Source: Pedosphaera sp.
Lineage (GTDB): Bacteria; Verrucomicrobiota; Verrucomicrobiia; Limisphaerales; SIBH01
DNA length: 11,225 bases
Direction of reading: 5' to 3'
Assembly (NCBI GenBank): GCA_031414955.1
Contig: JANOQV010000151.1
Span: forward strand, 1 to 11,225
Part shown: positions 1-7,428 of the stretch, one piece after another
How positions within the stretch are numbered: position 1 is the stretch's first letter
Layout: each line of letters begins with the position of its first letter
Translations under genes and position numbers: made by a program
Notes under the pieces: model-generated
What the model saw: only the letters and a program-made list of their open reading frames with translations
Told to the model about the DNA's origin: nothing
Databases searched by the model: none

Positions 1-113
1 CCGCGCCAGCGTTTGGAGTGCGGTCGCTTTAGCGCCGCTGTTTCTCCGCGGGCACAGGCGGCTTTCCCATCCGTGTCCATCCGCGTCCATCCGTGGTTAA
101 GAATATTTTTCAC
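1..113 (-). CDS. Possible 5' end (partial) of the next gene in the metal ABC operon, expected to be a TroC-type permease; the visible N-terminus is repeat-derived (MKNILNHGWTRMDTDGKAACARGETAALKRPHSKRWR...)
   Basis: GTG at 113-111 lies 1 nt after the ATPase stop (TGA G GTG), and the frame stays open to the window edge. Identity is inferred only from usual operon order. Confidence 0.35.
   Translation of the reverse strand, partial: MKNILNHGWTRMDTDGKAACARGETAALKRPHSKRWR
8..41. repeat. REP-like palindromic element (GGAG-headed type)
   Basis: GCGTTTGGAGTGCGGTCGCTTTAGCGCCGCTG: TTGGAGT head followed by an imperfect hairpin GCGGTCGCT-TT-AGCGCCGC. Only one copy is visible. Confidence 0.5.
67..96. 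repeat. Three tandem 10-bp repeats, CCATCCGYGK
   Basis: CCATCCGTGT (67-76), CCATCCGCGT (77-86), CCATCCGTGG (87-96). Confidence 0.85.
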
Positions 114-114
114 C

Positions 115-924
115 TCACGCCCCACCCTCTCGCTGGCGTACGGCCTCGGCCACCTCGGATAAAATAGTCAGCCTCCCGCCATACGTGTTTTGCAAGAGCT
201 CGTTGGTGAACACTTCCTCGGTCGGGCCAAAGGCGACGACGCGCATGTTCAGGAGCAGCAGCATGTCGAAATAGTTGCGCGCCGTGGGCAGATCGTGATG
301 CACGACCATCAGTGTCTTGCCGCTCTCCTTGAGCTCCTGCAGCAGGGTGATGATGGCAGATTCAGTCGCGGCATCGACGCCCGAGAACGGTTCGTCCATG
401 AAATACAGATCACTCTCCTGGGCCAGCGCGCGGGCCAGGAAAACGCGCTGCTGCTGGCCGCCGCTGAGGTTCGAGATCTGCCGGTTGGCGTAGGGCAGCA
501 TCTTCACCTTGTCGAGGCACTCGCGGGCGATTTCACGATCACGTTTGGCGGGACGTTTGAAGAGGCCGAGATGCCCGTAGCGGCCCATCAGCACCACGTC
601 CATGACGCTGACGGGAAAATCCCAATCGACGGACTCGCGCTGCGGCACGTATCCGACACGGCGGTAATTCTTCTCCTTCCCGAAGATCTTCACCCAGCCG
701 CTGCTGATGGGGAGCAGGCCCATCGCGGCCTTAATGAGGGTGGACTTGCCCGCGCCGTTCGGACCAACGATGCCGACGAGCTTGCCGCGCGGCACCACGA
801 GGTCGATGCCCCAGAGCACCGGCTTCTTGTGATAGGCGACGGTGAGGTCGTGGACCTCAAGAGGCGGCGGTTCGCCAGCGTGCGTGCCCGCTGGTGACAT
901 TGATGGTTGAGGCATAGTCGCCAT
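115..924 (-). CDS. troB: Mn/Zn/Fe ABC transporter ATP-binding protein (TroB/MntB-like)
   Basis: Walker A GPNGAGKST, GYVPQR..VDWDFP, signature LSGGQQQR, Walker B MDEP, H-loop VVHHDL. ATG at 924 overlaps the upstream stop (TAATG). Confidence 0.93.
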   Translation of the reverse strand: MATMPQPSMSPAGTHAGEPPPLEVHDLTVAYHKKPVLWGIDLVVPRGKLVGIVGPNGAGKSTLIKAAMGLLPISSGWVKIFGKEKNYRRVGYVPQRESVDWDFPVSVMDVVLMGRYGHLGLFKRPAKRDREIARECLDKVKMLPYANRQISNLSGGQQQRVFLARALAQESDLYFMDEPFSGVDAATESAIITLLQELKESGKTLMVVHHDLPTARNYFDMLLLLNMRVVAFGPTEEVFTNELLQNTYGGRLTILSEVAEAVRQREGGA

Positions 925-1787
925 TAGAACCTCCAAGAGATGCCGATGAACGGGTTCCAGTCATCCGCCGATCGCGTCACGCCGATGTTGATGCCGGCGT
1001 CGAGCTGAATGTCTTCGGTGAGTCCGTAAGTGAGGCCAAGGTCCACCGTGCCGATCCATCTCGCGCTCTTGTCGCTGCTGACGGAACTGAAGAATTCCAC
1101 ATAGCCCGCGAGGTCACCCACGATGTCATGGGAGAGGGTGATCGTGTTGACCCACTCGGGATGGTGTCCGCTACCGTCAGCGTCCTCATTGATGTCGAGC
1201 TGCGTCATGAGGCCCATGCCCCAATCCCCCGGCAGAGCCACGGCCAGCGGCGCGATCAATCCGCCTTCGTAGGCACCGTTGCCGAGATTTCGGCCCGCCG
1301 TGGGAAACTTCACGTAAGGCATGAGCGCAAAAGCCGTGTCGCCGCCGTCATTGCCCCAGAGGTTGAATTTGCTGCGCAGGATGAAGTCGCCGAAGCCGCG
1401 CTCGGTCGCGCGCCGCCCGGTCTGCCGGTCGCGAATCCGCACTGCGTTGTAGGTCGGCACCACGAGCTGCACGTCCCAATTGTTGCGGAGGCCCACCTTC
1501 AAGTTGAACGGCGCGATGGCGAGGCTCTCCGTGATGGTGTGGTCACGCGCCATGTTGTGCGCGTCGTAGGAATAGTTCACTACGTCCGCCTCCATTTGGA
1601 AATGTCCTGCATCGACCGTGTAGGCGCTCTCGGTTTTGTCCGGTCGGTCGGTGCTGATCTCGCGCATCAGTTCGCGCGGAACCGGCTTGAACAAGTGATA
1701 GGAAGATTTGTCTGGTCCGACTTCAGCCGCCAGGGCGCCGCCGGCACTGGCACCGACGATGAAAAGTCCTTTGAGCAAATGTTTCAT
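924..1787 (-). CDS. Outer-membrane beta-barrel protein, Phenol_MetA_deg/SphA-like 'transporter' family
   Basis: Start MKHLLKG at ATG 1787 with a purine-rich RBS (AAGGGGAA). Signal peptide, STDRPD..ES.YTVDAGHFQ.E motif, GFGD...RSKFNL, alternating amphipathic strands, and terminal GISWRF. Confidence 0.8.
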   Translation of the reverse strand: MKHLLKGLFIVGASAGGALAAEVGPDKSSYHLFKPVPRELMREISTDRPDKTESAYTVDAGHFQMEADVVNYSYDAHNMARDHTITESLAIAPFNLKVGLRNNWDVQLVVPTYNAVRIRDRQTGRRATERGFGDFILRSKFNLWGNDGGDTAFALMPYVKFPTAGRNLGNGAYEGGLIAPLAVALPGDWGMGLMTQLDINEDADGSGHHPEWVNTITLSHDIVGDLAGYVEFFSSVSSDKSARWIGTVDLGLTYGLTEDIQLDAGINIGVTRSADDWNPFIGISWRF

Positions 1788-1798
1788 GGCAGTTCCCC

Positions 1799-2770
1799 TT
1801 ACTTCAACGCGTTCACGATGGTGTCGAGGTTGTGCTTGATCATGCCCTCGTAGGTGCCGAGGTCGTAGCCGTGCTCCATCTGGCCCGGCGTGCCCATGGC
1901 GTCCGAGAACAGCTCGCCGCCAATCTTCACGCCCGCGTCTTCGCTGATGCGCTTGATGGTGGTGGGCGGCACGCTCGATTCGATGAAGATGGCTTTGAGC
2001 CGGTGCTGCTTGATAAAGTCCACCAGCTTGGCCATGTCCGCGCCGCCCGCTTCGGTCACAGTCGAGATGCCTTGCAACGCGACGACTTGAAATCCATAAG
2101 CGCGCCCGAAGTAACTGAACGCGTCGTGGCTCGTCACGAGAATGCGCTTCTCCTTCGGCAACTCCTCGGCGCGCTGCAAGGCCCATTGATGCAAATCCGC
2201 CATCGCCTTCTTCGCCGCATCGCCCCGTTGTGTGAAGTAGTCTTTGTCCGCCGGACGAGCGTCGCTTAATCCCTTCACCACCGTGTCCACGCATTGCGCC
2301 CACATCGGAACCTCGAACCACACATGCGGATCGGGATGACCGCCAAAGCCGGGCGGATGTTGCAGCTTGTCCTTGGGAATCGAATCGGTCACGGCGAAGA
2401 CCCGCTTCCCGCTCTTGGCCATTTTCTCGAAGACCTCCTCCATCTTCCCTTCGAGCATCAGGCCGCTGTAGAAAATCACCTCGGTGCCTTGGAGCTTGGT
2501 CACATCGCCGGCGCTGGCCTTGTAGAGATGCGGGTCCACGCCCGCGCCCATCAAGCCCTGAGCCTCCACGCGGTCGCCCCCGACCTGCTTGACGAGATCG
2601 GTGACCATGGTGGTCGTGGCGGTGACGCGGAGCTTGCCCGTGGCGGCGGTAGCGGGCTGGCCAGGCGATGAATTGCTCGCGGACTTCTCACCACATGCGC
2701 TGAACAGGGCCATAATGGCGGCGGCCAGAAGGACATTCTTACCCAGACCAATCCACAAAACTCGTTTCAT
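1799..2770 (-). CDS. troA: Metal ABC transporter substrate-binding lipoprotein (TroA/MntA/ZnuA cluster A-I)
   Basis: Lipobox LFSAC. Metal-ligand motifs GVDPHLY, DPHVW, TSHDAF and FSDAMG give a His/His/His/Asp set as in TroA. Confidence 0.93.
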   Translation of the reverse strand: MKRVLWIGLGKNVLLAAAIMALFSACGEKSASNSSPGQPATAATGKLRVTATTTMVTDLVKQVGGDRVEAQGLMGAGVDPHLYKASAGDVTKLQGTEVIFYSGLMLEGKMEEVFEKMAKSGKRVFAVTDSIPKDKLQHPPGFGGHPDPHVWFEVPMWAQCVDTVVKGLSDARPADKDYFTQRGDAAKKAMADLHQWALQRAEELPKEKRILVTSHDAFSYFGRAYGFQVVALQGISTVTEAGGADMAKLVDFIKQHRLKAIFIESSVPPTTIKRISEDAGVKIGGELFSDAMGTPGQMEHGYDLGTYEGMIKHNLDTIVNALK

Positions 2771-2777
2771 GGGCCGC

Positions 2778-2805
2778 AAGATAGCGATCCGTGAGTTTAG
2801 GTCAA
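2778..2805 (-). promoter_or_regulatory. Putative sigma70 promoter of the metal uptake operon
   Basis: Minus strand TTGACC (2805-2800), 16 nt, TATCTT (2783-2778), 7 nt, ATG (2770). Confidence 0.55.
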
Positions 2806-2814
2806 TGAAGAATC

Positions 2815-2828
2815 TTAGACAATCCTAA
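2815..2828. promoter_or_regulatory. Putative DtxR/MntR/SirR-family operator
   Basis: TTAGACAATCCTAA (minus strand TTAGGATTGTCTAA) is a TTAG-N6-CTAA dyad resembling the TTAGGTTAACCTAA SirR/MntR box, just upstream of the -35 element. Confidence 0.6.
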
Positions 2829-2953
2829 CTTTAACCTCATTGGCTGTCCTGAGCGCGGTCAGAGAGCAGAGTCGTCGCCAAGCAATCCCGCGCTCCACCG
2901 ACTCTTTATTCCCGCGATGGACGCCGCCCTACTGCGACTCGTAGTGTCGTCTC

Positions 2954-3259
2954 GTGCGACCAGCAGACATTCAGCAGATTGGAAACGAACTTGCCATCAA
3001 GTGGGACGACGGCGCGGAGAGCTTCCTTCCCTTGGAGAAGCTGCGCCGCGCCTGTCCCTGTGCCGGATGCCAGGGCGAGACGGACATCATGGGCAACCTC
3101 TATCGCGGACCGGAGAAGCCGCTGCGCCCGGAGTCGTTTCAACTGCTGCGCTTGGCCCACGTCGGCGGTTACGCATTGCAGCCCCATTGGGCCGATGGGC
3201 ATGGCACGGGGCTTTTCTCGTTTGATTATCTCCGTCGCGTCGCGTCCGCAGTCGCCTAG
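2954..3259 (+). CDS. DUF971 (GBBH-like N-terminal) domain protein
   Basis: L.I.WDDG, LRRACPCAGC, VGGYALQPHWADGH.TGLFSFDYLR motifs. Confidence 0.9.
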   Translation: MRPADIQQIGNELAIKWDDGAESFLPLEKLRRACPCAGCQGETDIMGNLYRGPEKPLRPESFQLLRLAHVGGYALQPHWADGHGTGLFSFDYLRRVASAVA

Positions 3260-3281
3260 CCGGGTGCCACGCCGGCTAGGC
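3254..3281. terminator. Hairpin overlapping the DUF971 stop; possible terminator or RNA-stability element
   Basis: Perfect 10-bp stem GCCTAGCCGG / CCGGCTAGGC with an 8-nt loop; no U-tract follows. Confidence 0.45.
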
Positions 3282-3427
3282 AACCGGGGAGCATCGCAGT
3301 CCAGTGACCCGCAATTAAAAATCCCCTGCGCCCAAATAATCTGTCACGAACTGGCCTGACGCTCCCCGTCCTGAAGCCCGCTGTATTGATGGTGTTTGGA
3401 TTGGTGAGTTTGGTGTTTAATCCGCGC

Positions 3428-3895
3428 ATGTCGCTCGTGCGCATACTCGTCGATGGTTACAGCCTGTTGCACAGTTGGCCGGAACTGGCTCCGGGCACGC
3501 CGCGCCATTCCGCTGCCGCGCGCGATGAACTGATTCACGTCCTCCGCCTTTACAGCGATGCTGCGGGCACGCCGGTCACGGTGGTTTTCGACGGGGCAGG
3601 GCATCGCGGCCAGCGGCAGGAGACGGATTCCACACCCCAGGTGGAGATTCTGTTCTCCAAGGCTGGCCAGACGGCCGATCAAATTATCGAGCGTGTCACC
3701 CATCGCATGAGACCGTTTGGTGAAGTGCTGGCGGTCACGGATGATCATGCCGAACGCGACACGGTTCTCGCCCTGGGCGGCTTCGCGTCGAGTTGCGACA
3801 GTTTCATCCGCACTGTGGAAAATGTGCTGAGTGAATTGGAGCGTCAGGTCCAGCACTACAATTCTGCGGAGAAACGCCGCTATAAGAAGGCGTGA
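3428..3895 (+). CDS. NYN_YacP (Rae1-like) PIN/NYN-domain ribonuclease
   Basis: ILVDGYSLL, VVFDG, FSK.GQTADQIIE and VTDD acidic motifs. ATG 3428 chosen as start. Confidence 0.85.
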   Translation: MSLVRILVDGYSLLHSWPELAPGTPRHSAAARDELIHVLRLYSDAAGTPVTVVFDGAGHRGQRQETDSTPQVEILFSKAGQTADQIIERVTHRMRPFGEVLAVTDDHAERDTVLALGGFASSCDSFIRTVENVLSELERQVQHYNSAEKRRYKKA

Positions 3896-5169
3896 CGGTA
3901 TCCAAAACTCTGTTCCAACAAATCGGCCGCCTTCTGGCCACGGCGCTCGTTTCGGGCTTGGCGCTCTGGTTGAGCACTGCTTCGCTCTTGGCCCAACCCG
4001 CGACCAGTTCCAACCGCTTCCTCTTCATCATCGACACCTCCTCGTCCATGAAGGCCTTCGACAAGGGCGTGCAAGATTCCTTGTTTGAGCTGATCTACAG
4101 CGGCGTGCGCGGGCACATGACCAATGGCGACACCTACGGCATCTGGCTCATGAACGAAGAGAACGACATGTCTTTCAAGATGGAGATGTGGCGGCAGAAA
4201 TTCACCGTGGAGATGGGCGCGCGGGCGGCCTTGCATGTGAAGGAGCACGGCTTCAAAGGCAAACTCGACCTGGCCCAGGCCATGCACGACGCGCTTGCCG
4301 TCATCCAGGGCGTGGGTGATTTGACGGTCATTCTCATCTCGAACGGGGAAACGCCCGTGAGCCAGACGCCCTTCGACGACGTCATCAACGCGCGCTACCG
4401 GGAACTCGCCCCGGCCATGAAGCGCAAGAAGGCCACGATCAACACCGTGCTTGCCGCGCAGGACGGCAAGCTTCTGGCCTGGGCGGTGAACTCCCCGGAT
4501 TACGTGGTCGAAATTCCGTCCTTGCCTCCGAAGCCCAAACCTCCGGCCCCGCCCATTGTTCTCGCGCCGTCGTCAGCGGTCACAAATGCGACGCGAGTGG
4601 CCGTCGCACCCGTCCCAGCGGAGCCGGCCAGGGCGCGGGCCAATGTTTCTCCGATCATAATCACCAAGGACATTGTCGCCCAGGAGCGCCGCCAGTTCCT
4701 CGCCCTGGCCTCCACGCTCACGAACGAGCCGGGCGCAGTGTCTGCCGTCACCAACCCTGCGCCCAACCCTGTGCCGGAAGCAGTGGTGGCTGCGGCTGCC
4801 AACGTCCTCGCCAACGCGACCAACATGGCATCGGTCGTGAAAACCGGCTTGGTTCCGGCGACGAATCTGCCTGCGACCAACGTGGCCGTGATGAACAGCA
4901 AGCCGGAGGCGACCAACCTTGCGGTGGCCGCCCCGCCTGCTTCCACCGGCCCGGCCGCAACTCCGCCCGTCGGGATGGCCCCGGCCTATCTTACCGCCCC
5001 GCCAGCGTCCGAGCCCCATTCTGCATCAAGCCCGCTCTGGTGGGTGGCGATTGGGGCCGGGGCTGCGTTCGTGTGCATGTTCAGTGTGCTGCTGGTCACC
5101 CGCGCACGGCGTCCCGAGCCAAGCCTGGTTTCACAGGCCATCATCCGTGAGCGGTTGCGAGCAAGCTGA
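3892..5169 (+). CDS. Exported vWA-like protein with a Pro/Ala/Thr-Asn-rich linker and C-terminal transmembrane anchor
   Basis: Signal peptide; FLFIIDTSSSM (DxSxS); VILISNG; low-complexity linker; TM LWWVAIGAGAAFVCMFSVLLV followed by RARR. GTGA overlap with the NYN gene stop. Confidence 0.7.
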   Translation: MTVSKTLFQQIGRLLATALVSGLALWLSTASLLAQPATSSNRFLFIIDTSSSMKAFDKGVQDSLFELIYSGVRGHMTNGDTYGIWLMNEENDMSFKMEMWRQKFTVEMGARAALHVKEHGFKGKLDLAQAMHDALAVIQGVGDLTVILISNGETPVSQTPFDDVINARYRELAPAMKRKKATINTVLAAQDGKLLAWAVNSPDYVVEIPSLPPKPKPPAPPIVLAPSSAVTNATRVAVAPVPAEPARARANVSPIIITKDIVAQERRQFLALASTLTNEPGAVSAVTNPAPNPVPEAVVAAAANVLANATNMASVVKTGLVPATNLPATNVAVMNSKPEATNLAVAAPPASTGPAATPPVGMAPAYLTAPPASEPHSASSPLWWVAIGAGAAFVCMFSVLLVTRARRPEPSLVSQAIIRERLRAS

Positions 5170-5236
5170 ACCGGACTCCGGCGTGAGCAACGAGTCGCGG
5201 CCGCAAGCCGGCCAGCCGCCGTTCCCTAAAATCCAG

Positions 5237-5266
5237 TTGACCGTCCCGGACCCTTTTCCCTAGCTT
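5237..5266 (+). promoter_or_regulatory. Putative sigma70 promoter of the ilv leader/ilvNC operon
   Basis: TTGACC (5237-5242), 18 nt, TAGCTT (5261-5266), 9 nt, leader ATG (5276). Confidence 0.55.
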
Positions 5267-5275
5267 CCCGCCCCT

Positions 5276-5317
5276 ATGAATTTTCGGTTCAATGTTGCAG
5301 TAGTCGTCGTCCTCTGA
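5276..5317 (+). CDS. ilv operon leader peptide MNFRFNVAVVVVL (13 aa)
   Basis: ATG AAT TTT CGG TTC AAT GTT GCA GTA GTC GTC GTC CTC TGA: 5 Val and 1 Leu codons directly upstream of ilvN. Confidence 0.85.
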   Translation: MNFRFNVAVVVVL

Positions 5318-5377
5318 CGGCGGCTCGGACACGTTTCCCGAAAGCCGCCCGCGATTCCGTGAGGACGCGGGATTTTT
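5302..5377 (+). promoter_or_regulatory. Ribosome-mediated transcription attenuator
   Basis: 1:2 hairpin AGTCGTCGTC (5302-5311) / GACGGCGGCT (5316-5325). 2:3 antiterminator GGCGGCT (5319-5325) / AGCCGCC (5343-5349). 3:4 terminator CCCGCG-AT-TCC-GTGA-GGA-CGCGGG (5348-5371) followed by ATTTTT. Confidence 0.8.
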
Positions 5378-5382
5378 AATTT

Positions 5383-5856
5383 ATGCGACACACAATTTCG
5401 ATTCTGGTGGAGAACAAGTTCGGCGTGCTGACGCGCATCGCCGGCCTCTTCTCGGGCCGCGGCTATAACATCGACACGCTCAACGTCGCGCCGACTCAGG
5501 ACGCCGATACTTCGCGCATGTCCATTGTCACGCATGGCGATGACTCCACCGTCGAGCAGATCATCAAGCAGTTGAAGAAGCTGATAAACGTGCTCGAAGT
5601 GACAGATTTCGCCGAGGGCGAGTTCGTGGATCGCGAACTGGTGCTGGTCAAGGTCAGCGTCGATTCCAAATCCCGCGCCGAGGTCATGCAGATCACCGAC
5701 ATCTTCCGCGCCAAGATCGTCGACGTGCAGCCCAAAAGCCTGACCGTGGAAATCACCGGCAACGAAAGCAAAGTGGAGAAGTTCCTCGGACTGATGACCA
5801 CTTTCGGCATTCTCGAACTGACCCGCACCGGCAAAGTCGCCCTCGCGCGGAAGTAA
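5383..5856 (+). CDS. ilvN: Acetolactate synthase small (regulatory) subunit
   Basis: MRHTISILVENKFGVLTRIAGLFSGRGYNIDTLNV ACT domain; RELVLVKV; ELTRTG. Confidence 0.97.
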   Translation: MRHTISILVENKFGVLTRIAGLFSGRGYNIDTLNVAPTQDADTSRMSIVTHGDDSTVEQIIKQLKKLINVLEVTDFAEGEFVDRELVLVKVSVDSKSRAEVMQITDIFRAKIVDVQPKSLTVEITGNESKVEKFLGLMTTFGILELTRTGKVALARK

Positions 5857-5859
5857 TTC

Positions 5860-5887
5860 ACTCAACTCTCAACCATCAACCCTCAAC
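5860..5887. repeat. Four tandem heptamers, nnTCAAC
   Basis: ACTCAAC TCTCAAC CATCAAC CCTCAAC in the ilvN-ilvC spacer. Confidence 0.8.
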
Positions 5888-5895
5888 GAATTTTT

Positions 5896-6918
5896 ATGGC
5901 CAAAGTCTATACTGAAAAGGACGCCGACCTCGGCGTGTTGAAAAACAAAACCCTCGCCGTTCTCGGCTTCGGCTCGCAGGGCCACGCCCACGCGCTGAAC
6001 CTCAAGGAGAGCGGGATGAACGTCATCATCGGCCTCTATGAAGGCTCGAAGTCCATCGCCGTCGCGCGCGAGAAGGGCTTTGAAGTCGTCAGCACCGCCG
6101 AGGCCGTGCGCCGCGCCGACGTCATCTTCGTCGCGCTGCCGGACACCAAGCAGCCCGCCTGCTTCGAGAAGGACATCAAGCCCAACCTGACCAAGGGCAA
6201 GACCCTGCTCTTCAGCCACGGCTTCGCCATCCATTTCAAGACCATCGTCCCGCCGAAGAACGTGAACGTGATTCTCGTCGCGCCGAAAGGCCCCGGCCAC
6301 ATCGTGCGCCGCCAGTTCACCGAAGGCAAAGGCGTGCCCGCGCTCATCGGCATCTATCAAAACCCCGGCAAGGACGCGAAGAAGATTGCCCTCGCCTGGG
6401 CCAAGGGCATCGGCGGCGCCCGCGCCGGCGTGCTCGAAACCAGCTTCAAGGAAGAGACCGAGACCGATCTCTTCGGCGAACAGACCGTGCTTTGCGGCGG
6501 CACCACCGCGCTCGTGCAGGCGGGCTTTGAAGTGCTCGTCGAAGCCGGTTACTCGCCCGAGATGGCTTACTTCGAGTGCTTGCATGAATTGAAACTCATC
6601 GTCGATCTGATGAACGAAAAGGGCATCGCCGGGATGCGCTTCTCCATCTCCGAGACCGCCAAGTGGGGCGACGTGATGGTCGGCCCGAAGATCATCGACG
6701 CCGGGGTGAAGAAGCGCATGAAGCAGGCGCTCAAGGACATCCAGTCCGGCAAGTTTGCCCGCGAATGGGTGAAGGAATACCAGACCGGCTACAAGAAGTA
6801 CAACGCCCTGCTCAAGAAGGGCGAGCAACACGGCATCGAGAAGACCGGCGCCAAGCTCCGCGCCCTCATGCCTTGGATGCCCAAGCGCAACATCAAGGGC
6901 GCGCAAGCGGCCTACTGA
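5896..6918 (+). CDS. ilvC: Ketol-acid reductoisomerase (class I)
   Basis: [58 protein letters not shown]. Confidence 0.98.
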   Translation: MAKVYTEKDADLGVLKNKTLAVLGFGSQGHAHALNLKESGMNVIIGLYEGSKSIAVAREKGFEVVSTAEAVRRADVIFVALPDTKQPACFEKDIKPNLTKGKTLLFSHGFAIHFKTIVPPKNVNVILVAPKGPGHIVRRQFTEGKGVPALIGIYQNPGKDAKKIALAWAKGIGGARAGVLETSFKEETETDLFGEQTVLCGGTTALVQAGFEVLVEAGYSPEMAYFECLHELKLIVDLMNEKGIAGMRFSISETAKWGDVMVGPKIIDAGVKKRMKQALKDIQSGKFAREWVKEYQTGYKKYNALLKKGEQHGIEKTGAKLRALMPWMPKRNIKGAQAAY

Positions 6919-6935
6919 GTTGCACCGTTCTCATC

Positions 6936-6967
6936 AAAGCCGCCGGGGGAAACTCCGGCGGCTTTTT
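6936..6967 (+). terminator. Intrinsic terminator, possibly bidirectional between ilvC and the convergent vapC
   Basis: AAAGCCGCCGGGG-GAAA-CTCCGGCGGCTTTTT. Confidence 0.9.
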
Positions 6968-7044
6968 CATTCCTTGAGCCGGAGCAATCGGCCTCCAAAT
7001 GTTGCCCGGTGCCGTCGCTGTCTTCTCGCGGCCCTCGCGGCAGC

Positions 7045-7428
7045 TTAAAGCAGCTTCACCGGGTACTGCTGAAACAGTGGGTCGCTGCTCGCGATGTGCC
7101 AATCGCGGGCGAGTGCCTGGCAGATCAACATCCGATCGAATGGATCGCGGTGCAGTGCGGGCAAGCCGACCAATCTGGCCACCGCAGCTTCGTCGAGACT
7201 GAGCGAGGCGATTCGATGCTTCTTGCGCTGGAGTGGAACGTAGCGTTCCGGCGAATCGGGCAACGGCAGTTTGCCGATTGAATGCTTCACGCAAATCTCC
7301 CAGTACGAAACCACGCTCAGGAAAACTTCGTTGGCTGGATTCTGCACCACGTCCGCCACGGCTTTCGGCAAACGCGCATCGCCGCTGACCAGCCAGAGGA
7401 ACTCGCAGGTGTCGAGCAGGACGGTCAT
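7045..7428 (-). CDS. vapC: PIN-domain VapC-type toxin
   Basis: VLLDT..FLW, S.VSYWEI..K...GKL, HRDPFDRMLICQA and SSD motifs. Confidence 0.92.
   Translation of the reverse strand: MTVLLDTCEFLWLVSGDARLPKAVADVVQNPANEVFLSVVSYWEICVKHSIGKLPLPDSPERYVPLQRKKHRIASLSLDEAAVARLVGLPALHRDPFDRMLICQALARDWHIASSDPLFQQYPVKLL

Noticed and set aside
67..96. Tandem repeats as a CRISPR array
   Set aside because: 10-bp units with no spacers and no cas genes.
190..897. 235-aa plus-strand ORF, and similar ORFs at 1128..1853 and 1832..2269
   Set aside because: Antisense shadows of well-supported genes, expected in GC-rich DNA.
1788..2321. N-terminal extension of the 465-aa ORF 924..2321
   Set aside because: It overlaps troA in another frame and is Arg-rich noise; the RBS and signal peptide point to ATG 1787.
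3386..3427. G/T-rich TGGT-repeated tract and upstream TTG/ATG starts for the NYN gene
   Set aside because: Irregular low-complexity sequence; the NYN domain begins right after ATG 3428, which has a -10-like element before it.
5260..6906. Minus-strand ORFs 5260..5865 and 5869..6906
   Set aside because: Antisense shadows of ilvN and ilvC caused by codon bias; no recognisable motifs.
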